From Basidiobolus meristosporus CBS 931.73 (Eukaryota; Fungi; Basidiobolomycota), in NCBI GenBank assembly GCA_002104905.1, contig MCFE01000366.1, forward strand, positions 22,949 through 86,948: DNA of 64,000 bases. Reading direction: 5' to 3'. Shown here one piece after another: positions 38,401 through 52,313 of the stretch. Each line of letters starts with the position of its first letter. The stretch's first letter is position 1. Under the pieces are notes generated by a model. It did no database searches, was not told where the DNA came from, and was given only the letters and a program-made list of their open reading frames with translations. Made by a program: the position numbers and the translations under genes.

Positions 38401-41400
38401 GCTGTAATAGTGACTGTTCTCTTCGGTGAACACCTCTTCGTTGATCGATCCTTTATCATCGATCAGGAAAAATGTTGCGTTCTGGAGAAAGATCTTGATG
38501 AGGATCTCCGGGGACTTCGAGACGATGTTGGTGGAGAGCTTCAAGCTCTCCGCAGCGATGACAGCCTGTGCCGGATGGCCACCAGGTATGAAATCGATCA
38601 CGGAGTTCTCGATGATCAAGAAGAGTCGAGTGGTGGATTGAGTGGAGTCGTCGGAGGGATTCTCGTTCGAGGCGGTTCCAAACGCAACCATATCTTCCAT
38701 GAACGTCGACTTCAACTGCAGGTTCCACATCAGATCGTTAGTCGATACAGTCGCCAGATTGTCACGATTGCCGGTTTTCAGGTTTGTGGTGATGATAAAG
38801 GTCGAAAGAAGCATAGACTTGCCGTGTCTTGTCTTCAACATGTCAGTGTTGACCTTTGATATGATGGGTATCTTGCTAATGGGGGCCGTGACATCAGAGA
38901 GAGAAATCTCTTCTATGTCAAGATTGAAGTACGACACGCTCTTCCCCTCGAATCTTACCGCACCAAAGAATCCCAATTCACTAAGCTGTAGCTCATAGAA
39001 TTTGGGCGGACTGATCAGAGTGGAGGAAGGCTGCGTGGTAGTGGAGCATATAATGATGACGTCCATGTTGTGGATGACGGATACAAAGGAGGCCAAGCTT
39101 TGATAAGTTGGCTCGTTGTCTAGTTGTCCGCTTACATCCGGCGTGTTGGTCTGCTCACCAAGGTTTTCGCAGCCATGTCTGCCATCAGCGTTCCCAAATA
39201 CATCAACCTGATCCAACATTGGTGAAGGGTCGGTAGTAGCCTCTGTCTTCAATGCCGTATCCCCTGGGTTTGAGTACAGCTGCCACCGGGAGAACGAGTC
39301 CAGCAGTGTCTGGATGAGATCGTAACGATGCTTGGTTAATATCACGTATACGTTGGGAAGACTGCAGTTGATTGCATAAATAGAATTTTCCAGTGTGCGT
39401 TGCTTGAACATAACAATCTCTTCCTCTTCGTCCTCATCGGTCAACTTGACCCGCTCTTCACCTTCGAAGGAAGAGAACGTTTTAGGGAAATAAGACTTGG
39501 TCTGAGGTGCCTTGTTTCTGGCGGCGGGGGATTTCGGGTTCTGCACGCGAGTTGTCACCTCGATGTTCGGTAGGATTCGATGCAATGAGTCCTTCAGCAC
39601 CATGGGTGATATGACCAAGAAGCACATAGCAGAGGGATCGGTGGCCTCTTTCAGGAACACGTTCATCCTTACCCACTCAAACCGAATACAGCTTTGGCCC
39701 GCCTCAAACGGCAAGCTTTCCTTTCGGTAAGGATAAAACCGTTGTAGAAACTCGGACTGCAGCATTTGGCTGATGCTGGAATTCGTGTTGAAGTTTGTCA
39801 CGGTTGGATCAATGAGATCCAAGATTAGCATGTCTTCGTGTATTCGACACTCGCTAAAAATTCGTAAAGTGTGTAAATACGGTGTCGGGTACCCTTCGGA
39901 GGCATGCGTATGTATACCTTTGTCTTCGCTGCGCTTCCTCCAAGGACAAGGTACCCCGAAGATCCGGAACTGTTAGCCATATTCTCAGAAAATCAGTTCT
40001 AATCCGGAACCGGGTCGACAACGGGCGAATAGTATGCTGACAGCACAAATAAGCAATCTCTCCCATGTGTAAAGCTTTAGAAAGATACGTACATCTTTGA
40101 ACGCCCGTTCATCCAGATCCTTGATGATGCCTTGCTCATCATACTCTCCAGTTGCCCTAGGCAGCAACATAAAGTGTCAGATACGAGAAAACAAGGTCCA
40201 TAAGCACCAGCACAACGCTGGCTTAACTTACCACCCGAAGCCACTCTCCTCAGTGGCCTTATCAGCAGCAGCCTGCTCATTTGCAGGAAAATACCCATGG
40301 TAGCGGTTGATTATTTGGGGGTTCAAAAACACGTGGAACGACTGAGACTCCACCACTATATCCGACTGTGTCTGGATGTCATACGGGGAATCTAGAAATA
40401 TCAATTACTCGCTAGTTAGCATCGCATGACGGAAAGCGCGTCGCCAACCTCCCCTACCAGCAGAATTAGCCACAGTTAACCGCAGACGAAAGGCATCCTT
40501 CATCTTCTTCCCCTCCATGAATGTCTGCTTGGTGGGTTGACTGGGCTTGCTGTTCACATAGAAGCTAGGGAAGCCACGGGGTGGGTTCATCGAAACCTCA
40601 ACACTGCTATCGTACGAGCGATTAAGATCAGGATCGAAGCGGAGAATTGGCAGGTATACACCTCGATCAGCTGTATGGTACAAATCATGTACCGGGTTGT
40701 CTGCAGTCGGCTTGATCCACTCTGAGATGTCGATCTTGCTTGTGTACATTTCCAGCAGCATTTGCAAGTTACTTTTATCCTTGGAGTTCATTTCGTATTC
40801 TCCTCTCGTCGGGAAATTCCCTACCTCGGCCTGCCACTTCTTAATCCGAGCGATTACATCCTCCAAGTGAACAAGTATATGATCCACCTCCAGCTCTCCA
40901 GGGTTATCTACACTCAGAGTCTCCGAGTCCGGCTCTGGTGGAGGCTCCACATCAGAACCCAAAAAGTACGAGCGCCATGATGATATATGAACCTTCAGTC
41001 GTCCCATATAACTATCGTTCTCCTGGTCATGCCTATTATCGGACTCTTGTCCATCTTCATAAATACTGTAGAACTGCTCATTCTCCTCATCGATAGCATT
41101 CTCACTATATGCAAAACTTACGGGCCTTGAGCCATGCGCTGGGTTAGGTGAGTTGAGATAGTCGGTGGAGGATCTTCGACGTTGGTATGAGCTTCTTCGC
41201 TTCATATCTTCACGATAGCTCGCATTGGTCAGGTCATCATCGAAATACCCAGATCTAGGATTCTTCGATTTTACGGCAAAAGTACCGACAATATCCGTTA
41301 AGATACGCAATTGACCAGGCGAAAGCATAGTCACAATAGATTGAATATAGCACTCGACATCCCAACTGGGACCATGAGAAGGCTGTGGAAGTGTGGTGCC

Positions 41401-42558
41401 AAACAAGGATCGCTTTGTCCTTATCTTGATAGTGTTTTCGTGGGCCAGGGTAGATAGCAAGGTGGCCGAGTAAGTGAGCTCGTTCTCTCCGGCGGCTTGC
41501 TTCTCTTTGGCAGTTGGGGATACGGCCTTTTCTAATTCATGGAGTGAAATGTTCAGCCCTACTAACGTTAAGACTTTCACACTCTCCATAGGCCACTGGG
41601 AAAAATTTTGATCCTGGCTTTCTTCGGAGCTTTCTTCGTGCTCTGGGTTTCCGTCTCTATATGAAATCGAAGGTACGAGGATATCCAGATAGTAGTCTTT
41701 CGAGCATTCCTGTGGGCTTGTGTCGGAGTTTCTATGATCGCTTGTGGATGAGTGATGAATTCGGGCCTTGCTGTTGTGAAACGTGACTTTGACATTCGAT
41801 ATGATGTTGTCAATGACACCAGCCAACACCTGCAGTCCCTCAGTCCCTGGTTCCATTCCAAATGCAGGCTTTTCCTCCTCCGCCCCATGCTTGCTTTTGT
41901 TGAAGCTGTTTTGCATGATATGAACCGATTCCATGATGGATTTTCGAAGCTCTTCACCTTCGTCGGTGTCAGGCACTTCATGCCTCAGGAAGTCCCCAGC
42001 AAAATGGATCGAAGAGGATAGGATGTGGGAATCCTCAAATTTCGACTTGCTAACTACAAATTGCCGGACAGTCGAATTGAAAAGCTTTAGTAACATATTG
42101 GACAGGAAGACTCTTAATGTTGAGAAAATAGCTACCAGTTGGAACTACCGGGTTAGGTATCATGGTTATCTCTAAATTGTGAAACTCCAATACACAATTC
42201 CCGGACCAAATATCCTTCCATGGGACTTGGGCAGTAATCCCACCGATCTTTCCATGGGTTATTTTTACTGGCAGTTCCGAGATTAGATCGTTCAGAACCT
42301 TTGTGAGAGAGTGGACGGGTTAGACCAAAAGCAGTAGTAAGGGATGCGGGTAACCCAACAGGCTGAGAGACATCTTACCTCAGTATTCAGCTGGAGCTCT
42401 TTCAATTGCACGTACCCTGTACCCAATTGAACATCAAGATTGTCGAGGTCTAGCTCTTCCAACAAAAATTGGCCTATTGCTCGCTTAAGTAAAAACTTGA
42501 CCAGGCGCTTTTGGAGTGTAGAGGGCAGCGTCCAGCCGGAGAAAGACCAACCGCGCAT
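35421..42558 (-). CDS. ATG2: Autophagy-related protein 2 (multi-exon)
   Basis: N-terminus LQKRLVKFLLKRAIGQFLLEELDLDNLDVQLGTG (Chorein_N); C-terminal FDYKPKHLDY...AELVNLF, GIQRGASSF, YSGQPSDFNEG and IGATEAISKVLLGARNSIDP...MEDKYK* (ATG_C). Confidence 0.95.
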
Positions 42559-44539
42559 GCTTCAACAATCGTTGGCAGGGTGAGACGACAATAAAGTAGT
42601 CGTAATGGACGGAGATAGTGCTTCGGGCTAGAAATACACAAGGCCTATTATAAAGCAACTACTTTCGACGCTACAAGTTCGCCAGGTAACACGTAGATGC
42701 GACTGTATCCAAACTGAAGATACGTAGGGAAAAGTGCGTTTTTTTCACTAAAGGGAGAGTTGGGGAGTGTTTAAAAATGGTAAATAAGAGTAGGTCCTGC
42801 CACCGCAATACAGCAGGAATGGGGTAGATGTTGACAAGAAGTAATATCTTTCAGCACAGAGAGAAAAGATCTGCCATACAGAATACGGCAAACAAAACAC
42901 TAAAGTCGACTTGGAAACTAGTAGTACAAGATAACTTGAGACTACTTTTCAGTTGGTCTTTATCTTGATGAAGTAGAAAAAAGAACAAGCCAGAATTACT
43001 AATCGAACAAGATTTAACCCAATTTCCACTTGAATATACACCAATTTCTACGTACAATGTGAAGCACACATTCACAAATCCACCAGTTTGTCCAATACCA
43101 AGTCTCTCCAGACAAAATGGGGATATCCACACTTGGATTTGTGACTTCTGTAAATCCAATTCACGGATCAGGCTGTGGCAAATATTGGTCAGTAATATTT
43201 CAAGTGACATAATACGTCCCCCTCATCACACATTCTGCTCCTGCTCAGATCACGTGGCCTCCACTTAGGAGCCTAATCCATAAATCATGGAGTTCGTGAT
43301 GATCCCAAGGCATGATTTCTGGCGCAGCCATCAGAAATAGCAAATACGCAGGCATGTGACTTGACTAGCGGGGTAGCTGGACCCGCATTAATCGAATAAA
43401 TCCAAACGTAGTTATCTTATCCTGAAATCGGGTGTGGCCGAGCCATGAAGCGCGCATTCGCTCACAGGCCCAGTCTTGGTGAGCTTAATCAATGAAAGCT
43501 TCACTTCGCTTCCTCACGATTCCCGACACAAGAGACATGCTCTATCCTAAATTCCGTAGCACAGCCATCCCCAGCAACGCCATACTGATCCCACAGGTAA
43601 CTCACATCCAGCTGACTCCTCTGAGCATGGATCCTTCTTCATGCTTCCCACTCCTGAAGCGAGGATCTGCCTAGCATTAAGGGAGATCATACCATCTGCC
43701 TACTGTGTAGTTACGTACTCTAACCGGGAATTACCGAACTAACCCTATAGGAGAAGATAATGCACCGCATTCTGAGAGCAGTTGGGTTTGCCGCAGCCAG
43801 TGAATCTGTTGGCATACCAGTATTAAGCCTGTGCTATGCTCTTTGTATAACAAGAAACTAAATATTAGGAGGAATTAAGATCAAGCCTTCATCCAAGGAA
43901 TTATAGAGAGCGAGAGACGTGTACATCATGGTGTGAGCATTGGTGAGAACATCCAGGGCAGCCAATTTCAAGTCATTGAGGTAGTAGCAATAGCCCCATG
44001 AAGCTTGCAGACCATGAGAGGGATGAGGTGTTAGAAGGGCCATTGCTACTCCTTTATGCTTTCCCAATTGTATCTCATCCACTCAGTACCACATCTTGGA
44101 AGAACAGCGTAGCACTGTTGCCTATCACCGCACACGTGTAGCAAGCACTTCATCATGGCAGACGTTGGTACCAAAGCAACATCCTCATTAGGTTTTATGC
44201 CATCCATGAACAGCAGATGTTTATTGTCTAACAATTCCTGCTTTTATGATGGTAACATTGGTTATTTAACGAAAGCTGATGTGCCTGCTCGAACTCGGTA
44301 ATTTTCCCTCAAGAAGAATTGGTTGGCTACCATGGATCTCAAGCAAATCACCACCAATACCATTGAAGTCGATATTTTATCTGGGTTTGTTTTGATTATA
44401 AAATTGTTTGTTTATTTCAACTAGCTCCAAATTGGTGTGAAATATCAATCCATACCTGCAAAGCACCTTTCAATCTTAATTGATATTTCCAACTTGGTTT
44501 CCATTTCCTCGAAAACATTATAAGCGCAAGTTAGCACCG

Positions 44540-47073
44540 ATGAAAAAGGAACTAATCAACTACTGGCCCTCACTAGAAGAGAACGAGGATCTGTTAAAAG
44601 AATGTTTGTTTTCTCTACTAGAGTGTCACGTAACGTGCTCTGCTTAACCGAAAGCTCATTTTGCCAACAGGTGCGAATCTGTGCGAGTGCTACGCGTTGA
44701 CTCCCGAAGATCTATGGTATAAATGGGAGGCCCTAGTAATGAAAGAAGAGCAGCAGGGGGAAGAAATATCCCTCGACAGAGTTCATTTCATTACTCTCAA
44801 ACGACAGGTTGAAGAATCGTTTGAGAAGAAACATAAAGATGTAAGAAGCGCAAAAACCACTTACACCAGCAAAGGAGAATCGAACTATTCAAACAACTTC
44901 ACTTCTGACAACTTGGATGATTTGTATCCTGCCTAATGTTGACTTCTTTGAGTTCCACCCGCAGCCACGTGTACTCTTGTATCTCTTAACTCGTTACCTA
45001 GCCTTGCAGGAATAGCCCCATCCACCCCCTCTCGCAATCGCTCCTATCTAAGGAACAGTGATATACACACACCTTCACCCACACGTATAAGAAAACTCAA
45101 CTACGACTCGCCTGCTGCGTATGTATTCAAGCCTTTTACCATACATCCTTATTTAACGCGCTAACCTGTGCCCGCACTAGTCCCTCTCCTCAAACACAAC
45201 GCTTTGCAGAACGTCTGAATCGCGCTAAAGTCGAAGAGGTCTACAACCCGCACCTGAAGTCCTACGTCTCGCCAGAGGGAATGGTTTCTTCGCGAAGACG
45301 GTTTGAATTTCGAGAGAAAGAGGGGAAAGAAGTACGAGAATACCGCTATATGTTTGAAAAGATTAGCGAGAAATCCAAAGGTACTACGAGCAGCTATCAG
45401 TTCTCTTACATCACTGATGCCAACTGATTTTACTGAATAGTGTTGGATGATCGTATCGAGACTTTCGCAGACCTCTTCCGCAAAACTTATGGTTGGGAAG
45501 TGTTGAGTAATCCAGCTCAGTCTACTCAGGTATTGCTCAGAGCTTGTCATGTGGCTTTTCATCGTCACTCAGCGTTTTTTAGAGCTCAGTAGTTACTGTT
45601 GGTCGAGTATGTAGTGACTCTGATGCCAAAATCAATGACAAGTCGATTCTCTTAGAATCCTCACGAATTATTGGAAGTGGTCTACGCGTCATGCTTGACC
45701 TTAACGAAATCCCTACATTCGCGATGTTTCCAGGCCAGGTACACATTTGCAATCTGCACCATTCCTATTGCGTTGGAGAACTAACTCTTTTGTAGATTAT
45801 CGGCGTGGAAGGGTTGAATAACACCGGGGCATCCTTTACTGCATCCAAAGTCTTTCAGGTTGGCCGCAATGCCATATGGGTCACTTAGGCTTAAGCTGAT
45901 TCCTTTATTTGCTGTAGGCACCAATACCTTCCAGAGCAGCGACGCCAGTGTCTGAGCTACTCAGGAACAATCATGATGACAGTAGATTAGGCGGACATGC
46001 TTTGGGAATGATCGTGGCCTCCGGCCCGTACACTCTGGATGACAATCTTGACTTCGTCCCCTTTGCTGAACTGGTCGACACTGTAGAAAACGAAAAGCCT
46101 GATATACTACTTCTGGTAAGGCGCTGATGCATCGTAGCCACAAAAAAACATTTCTAACTCTGGGAGCCAGGTTGGTCCATTTATTGACCAAGACCATCCG
46201 CTCATCCGGGAAGGAGACTTCGATGGAACTGTTGAGGAGATGTTTGACGAGTATATTGCTCAGCCATTGCGTAACCTGGAGAGCTCTTCTCCTTCGACGG
46301 CGATTTTCCTGATTCCAAGCATCCGTGATATAGTGCATGATTACTATATCTTCCCGCAGCCGTCTCTGGACTCATACGAGCTGCGACTTCCAAAGGTACA
46401 CATGCGACCTGTCAGTGTATCTCTTGTGCACGCCAGCTGGAATACTAACTGGATTATAGAATGTTCAGACGCTCCCTAACCCAGCCCAGTTCACCATCAA
46501 TGAGGTAAACTTTGCCGTTAGCTCCCATGACGTTCTCTTTCATCTGAGTGGAGACGAGATCGGCCGGAACCCAACCTACAAAGATCGTATGGGACGTTTA
46601 GCCAGACACGTACTTGAGCAGCGCAAGTGAGTCTAATTCTATGTGACCTTTGGCCCGCATCATGCACTGACCTAAGGGGCATCACCTCCAATAGCTTCTA
46701 CCCGCTATTCCCAGCAACCAACAATGAGAGCAACGTAGACTTCCATCATCTAGAAAGCACGCTATCTATCAACCAGGCCCCCGACGTCCTGATCCTCCCA
46801 TCACAGCTACGCTATTTTGTCAAGGTAAGTACAACACACTGATTTCACAGCCAGCACCAGCTGACGTTATCTATCATTTAACTCGATGTACAGAACGTTG
46901 AAAATGTGGTCTGCATCAATCCTGGTCAATTAACCCGCAAGCAGGTTGGCGGCACCTATGCCAAATTGAGCATACACCCACTCTCGAAGGAGATTTTATC
47001 TTCAGAGCCGGCCGATTCGATGAAGACGCATGAGATCTATGATAGAGCCAAAGTCGAGATCGTTAGAATTTAG
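44540..47073 (+). CDS. POL12: DNA polymerase alpha-primase B subunit (multi-exon)
   Basis: N-terminal CANLCECYALTPEDLWYKWE; KPDILLL/VGPFIDQDHP; LIPSIRD...FPQP; LPNPAQFTINEV; SFYPLFP; PDVLILPSQLRYFVK; VCINPGQL...GGTYA; RAKVEIVRI*. Confidence 0.93.
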
Positions 47074-49378
47074 TGTGATCCAGTGTATAGTTTTTGCTCC
47101 TCTGCCATATATTCATTTTCACCATTTCCAAACCACCATTGCCTCCGTTGGTTGAGAACACAGCTCCCCTTACGATGTAACGCTCAAATTCAGCACGTAG
47201 TGAGCTTGGCTCAATTGATTATCCACATCGCCCACTCCTGAATAATATTGATTTCGAAGATCCCACTTGCTATTAAATCAAGAGATTGATGCACCAAAAT
47301 TACTGTGGCCTGGCGGAAATGAATCATATAGCGTGACTATTATACATCGGGTGTTATCAGAGTAATCTGGCTGAAAACAGCCATCGGGTTTCATTTATTG
47401 AACGCTCAGTAATGAATCGATCCCAAATAGTTATGGTGCTGAATTTAAGACATCGAACATGCTCCTTGTTGAGCCTCAATCTGTGCAAGTGTAACCTCTA
47501 CAGCTAGTGCGACCCTCGCAGGGCTAGCGATCAGGCGCATTTCCAAAAGCCCCATAATGAATCTACTATTTCAGTTACTGGTTCACGACAATCTACAATA
47601 AGGTACGAATCTCAATGATAATTATGGTCGTTCCGTCTACGGCCAAAACCTGCTTGACATCATTTGCCCAGGCTATCCCAGCTGGTTGATTGTGGCCAAA
47701 AATAACTCTTGCCGCTTACCCGGTTTTTATCTGTGGCAAGGAGCCCTATTCGTAGATCCAAGGAACCACCACGATCCCATAGGCCAAGTTTCCTCTGTGT
47801 ATCATATCCCAATCGCAGCCATTTGCGGACATTTCAAAAGCTTAAGCCTGCCACATCGCCCTTCAATTGGTTCCTGGGCTTAAATTAGGGAATCGCTTCA
47901 GGCCATTGGGTAGTCTGAGACCACCATAATGGCAAATTTTCCGCACCATGGCTCTCATTAATAACGTGTGGGTCATTCCCAAGAATCTGCTCAATCAACC
48001 TGCTCGGAGCAACCATGCGCATTTCCAGGACACAAGCCGCTCAATACGCCCAGTCTCATTGTTCAGCAATGAGAGGCAAGTTGATTGGTTTGGGCGCATC
48101 GCAACATTATCAGTCCTCGCACTTTTCAACGACCTGATGAGCATTGAGGTCTGAAGGTGATGCTGACTTGATATCGATTCGTTTACAGATGCGACTGCCT
48201 CGAATCAGCACGAGGGCTGGTTTCAAATGCACTACACCCGTTGATGGTGTGGGGCGTTCTCCTTCGCCTGAGCTCCCGCAGTACAGAGACGGCGCATATA
48301 CCTCGATGGCGTTAGGCCGCACGTAGCTTAAACCCTCGAACGTTATTGCCAGCCCACGTTCCCCTCTAGCGAGGGATGCGGGTGATCATGATGCAGCGTC
48401 TGCACCCGGGAGAAGGCATCTATTTTTAATGGCAAATACATCTGGAGGTCTATTTTTAAACTCAGGGCGTAGCCTCCTCCATGAAACCAATTAGGCGACT
48501 GGTTACTACGCTTCGGTGCTTTCCGACCATGGCCGTCACCGATTCCTAGGGAATGCGAGAAAAAAAACGAATAACGCCTGATTATAACTCATGCGTACAA
48601 AGGCAGCGGGAAGCTGCCACAGATGCATGTGGATTGGCTGGATGGCGAGATAGTGACGGTCAGTCGCTTAATGCCACAGCGATATGAAGTATTTTTAACA
48701 GCCATGTGTCACCTCAGTTGTAGTTAGATCAGCATCTAGTGAATGCCATTGTTCAGATGATTCCAACCAGATAAATGTGCTTGGGTAGTAACGCATTTAG
48801 GCGCTCGTCCCATGCCAATACGCTCACTCGACGATTGAGGAGCGGTGAGGTCATTTCGAAGGATGAGACAAAAATAACATGCAATTCAAATATAGGCGAC
48901 TACTCAGTGAGATCGTATGCACCTCCCTCGTGTAACTCATCACAATTACCACTATAGTGAATATGGCATGATTTGAGAATTCTGCCGGATATACAGGTTC
49001 TATTAACGGATCATTGGTCCCCCTTACCATCAGTGCAGCCAACAAAACCGGATTTCGCTCTGAAATGATAAGCGCCAGAGCTTAGTCCTCCCCAGCCCAG
49101 GAATATATTTGCTCTAGTGCTGGAACGAATACTCCATGCTGGGTGATCGAAGAGAATGGGGTTACGAGGGAAAATACTTAAATAAGTTGCCCAGGCACAT
49201 GCCATCATCATCATCAGTCCTAGTGTTCTTCAGTATAGATCCGCTAATCCAAGAACCACCCGCAGTAGTCCTTCTCGCTAGCCTCCTTTTTGCCTATCAA
49301 TATATCTTATATACATAGAACTTCTAATTAACCAAGCATTTATCCGACCCGAACGTGCTAAGGGATCCGCATCTACTA

Positions 49379-50373
49379 ATGAGCCTGTACAAAGCCAAAG
49401 GCTACGAATCAACTCCCCGCAGGGTGAAGTTCACCCGCACACACCTGGTGTTTTTCCTGGTGACGGGAATACTCCTGGTATCGGCGTTCTTCCAACTTAC
49501 CGACACAAATATGTATCTTCTACAAGGTACCTTTCAGCGTCACTTATTCCAATGGGTCTGCCACAGTTTCCTAACGGTCGTTGTTCATTGCTTTTAGAAT
49601 CGCCGGTAAACTTCACCATCGTCACGGGAGCAAGCAAAAACCACTGGTGTCCACTACAAGCGTTCTTGCTCACCTTAAATAAAACGCTGAAGTCTCTCCC
49701 GGAAAAGATCAAGCCGGAGATAGTGGTTTACGACCTAGGGCTAAGCAGTGCTCAGCGACAGGAGTTGAATCAACTCCGCGTCGAGGAAGGGCTATTTGAC
49801 GAGCTAGCCACTTTCAACTACACCAAGTACCCATCTTTCTGGAACCTGAAAGTGAACCGAGGAGAGTACGCATGGAAGGCAGGTATCATCCATGAGGTGA
49901 GCAAGACCCATCCGGGGATTATCCTATGGATGGACTCTGGAGACAGGGTGCTCCCAAATTTCCTGGCCAATATAGTGCACTTCATCAAGAGAAATGGATT
50001 CTACAGCCCTACCAGCTCCGGGGATGTCCGCAAATGGACTCATCCAGGGCTCTTTCAATACTTCCACGACGACATGGAGAAATATGCTGAAGAACCAAAT
50101 TGCAACGGGGCATTTATTGGGCTTGACTCGGATAACCGCCAGGTTCGGGAATCCATACTAGAGCCGTTTATGTCATGTGCATTGGATAAGGACTGTATCG
50201 CGCCTGAGGGCTCGTCTCGCATTAACCACCGTCAAGATCAGGCAGTGCTTACTTACCTGGTTCTGAAAAACAAGTTTCGCTGCACCGATGAGGGGTTAGC
50301 CGGTTTAATGATTCACAAGGATGGCGACTGCAAATCACAAATCGAAGACCACCGCCGTCAATTAGGCTCGTGA
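49379..50373 (+). CDS. DUF1647-like type II membrane protein, paralog 1 (intron 49527-49597)
   Basis: N-terminal TM segment, then FTIVTGASKNH...VVYDLGL...EYAWKAGII...WMDSG...KWTHPG...CNGA...CALDKDCIAPEGSSRINHRQDQAVLT. Confidence 0.8.
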
Positions 50374-51344
50374 AAACAGCCCCCCAGTTCACCTCTATAC
50401 CCTTCTACCAACGTCAGGATTGGTGTGAGCTCGAGACAGGTGTTCAGAACCTGCTCTCAGTAAGTCCCATTATACAAATGTCATGGCAGTGTGGAATTTT
50501 GAAGTCTATCATATTTATCACCCTTGTGACACATAGCGTAGCATACTTTACCTCCCCTAATATCATCCCAACACCATTGAAAGTGTGAATAAATCTCCAT
50601 TTCCTGTCCGAGTAACGCAGCATTCGAGCCTCTTAAATTTACCGGGAATCTTACATCAAGGCAATCTCCAGTTATTATGAGGGCCAGCCCAGGAACTGGA
50701 ATGGCGGATTTCCGAACCAGTTCAACCGGGTCGTCGCTGCCTCTCCATCTACGGCATTCCTTATTAGCGAGGTGGAGGTAGGCCCTATCCGCTCAGAGTG
50801 GGGCAAGAATCGACACAATGTCCTGGTTCCACGAGCACAGGAGATATGAAACAGCGTATCTCCACAGGCTAATGCACGCTGGTGGACCACGAATTAATCG
50901 GAAATCTGGCAAATAAAAATCGAATTTCAAATATAGACCTTGCCTCCATTCGGTGACACCAGCCATACAGTCGTACGCAGGTTTTTGTTCCCAAGGAAAG
51001 GCATTGGAAAAGGTGTGCAGGTGGGCCATTCGCATCCTATGTGATGGGTAGCCGGTGTACCACTGGTGGAGTCCTTACGCCGTTTTGTAGCAGGTAGGGC
51101 GGCTAACCAAGTCCTTCCTAAAGCGTCCGAACCGGGAAAATACTGGTCGCATCTTGATTCACGAATCTAGGAGATTTGCTTTCAGGCGGGCTAAGAAATG
51201 ACGACTGGCAATTCGCACCGATTCACAAGCGAGCTAACCGGGGATACTTAAAAGGTGCGCTAGCCGCGGGTGCATCGAGCCAATTTAAATTCCGATCTAC
51301 CTCTTGACATCAGCATCCACTTTTCCGAAAGGGGTTTCCTGGGA

Positions 51345-52313
51345 ATGACTAAAAAACCTATGTACTCGGGCTATCTTCCGTTTCACTCGACCGATGACCC
51401 CTACTCGATGGAAAAAGAGCTTCTGTACAAAGGAGGTCACCCGCCTAACCGAAGCTCCCGCTTGCGATGGGTAATGCTGATCATGACTGTTGCTCTGCTG
51501 GGTGCAGTGGCTTTGAGACTTTCCTCCCCTGCTGTTAATAACCCACCGGTGGAGTTTACCATTGTAACCGCGGCCAGTAAAAACCACTTTTGCCCACTCC
51601 AGGGATTCCTTTACTCCTTGAAAGACTCCCTGAAGCTTCTCCCTGCTTACATGAGGCCTCGCGTGCTTGTCTACGACCTCGGGCTTGGAAATTCCCACCA
51701 CACCGCCATCAGAAATATGATGGCTGAGGGAATGCTCGATGAGCTTCATACCTTCAACTACTCCAGCTACCCCAGCTTTTGGGATGTAACGGTCAATAGA
51801 GGAGAGTACGCCTGGAAGATTGGAATAATCAGGGAGGTAACCCAGAGATATCCTGGAGTGGTGCTGTGGATGGATTCTGGTAACCGAGCATTTCCAAGAT
51901 TCTTTGTTGATGTTGTGGAGCACGTACAATCCCATGGATTCTACAGTCCGCTTAGCTCAGGAAATGTGCGCCAGTGGATGCATCCAGGGATGCCTCAGTA
52001 CTACAACGACGATATCGAGAAGTATGCTGAGGAGAGGAATTGCAACGGCGCGTTTGTAGCGGTGGACTCTAAGAACCAAGCTGTGATGGCCTCAATAGTG
52101 AATCCATGGTTCGGCTGCGCATTGGATAAGAAATGCATAGCTCCCGATGGTTCCAGCAGACTCAACCATCGTCAGGATCAGGCTGCACTAACCTATCTGA
52201 CGCTCACCAGTCCGTACCGCTGCTCTTATGAGAGATTGACCGGCCTGTTGATGCATCAAGATGGCGATTGTGAGCGGCTCATTGAGGCTCATTGGAGGCG
52301 AAAGCAAATGTAA
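51345..52313 (+). CDS. DUF1647-like type II membrane protein, paralog 2 (intronless; ORF open from 51270)
   Basis: Same motif series as paralog 1 (TAASKNH, VYDLGL, EYAWKIGII, WMDSG, CALDKKCIAPDGSSRLNHRQDQA). First ATG at 51345. Confidence 0.8.
   Translation: MTKKPMYSGYLPFHSTDDPYSMEKELLYKGGHPPNRSSRLRWVMLIMTVALLGAVALRLSSPAVNNPPVEFTIVTAASKNHFCPLQGFLYSLKDSLKLLPAYMRPRVLVYDLGLGNSHHTAIRNMMAEGMLDELHTFNYSSYPSFWDVTVNRGEYAWKIGIIREVTQRYPGVVLWMDSGNRAFPRFFVDVVEHVQSHGFYSPLSSGNVRQWMHPGMPQYYNDDIEKYAEERNCNGAFVAVDSKNQAVMASIVNPWFGCALDKKCIAPDGSSRLNHRQDQAALTYLTLTSPYRCSYERLTGLLMHQDGDCERLIEAHWRRKQM

Noticed and set aside
43850-44520. CpG-poorer patch with small ORFs between ATG2 and POL12
   Set aside because: Possibly a TE remnant, but no diagnostic motif or termini were found.
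47600-48330. Short ORFs downstream of POL12
   Set aside because: Fragmentary, with stops and no recognisable domain. A pseudogene cannot be excluded but is unsupported.
51297-51935. 212-aa antisense ORF
   Set aside because: Shadow of the DUF1647-like gene on the opposite strand; no recognisable motifs.
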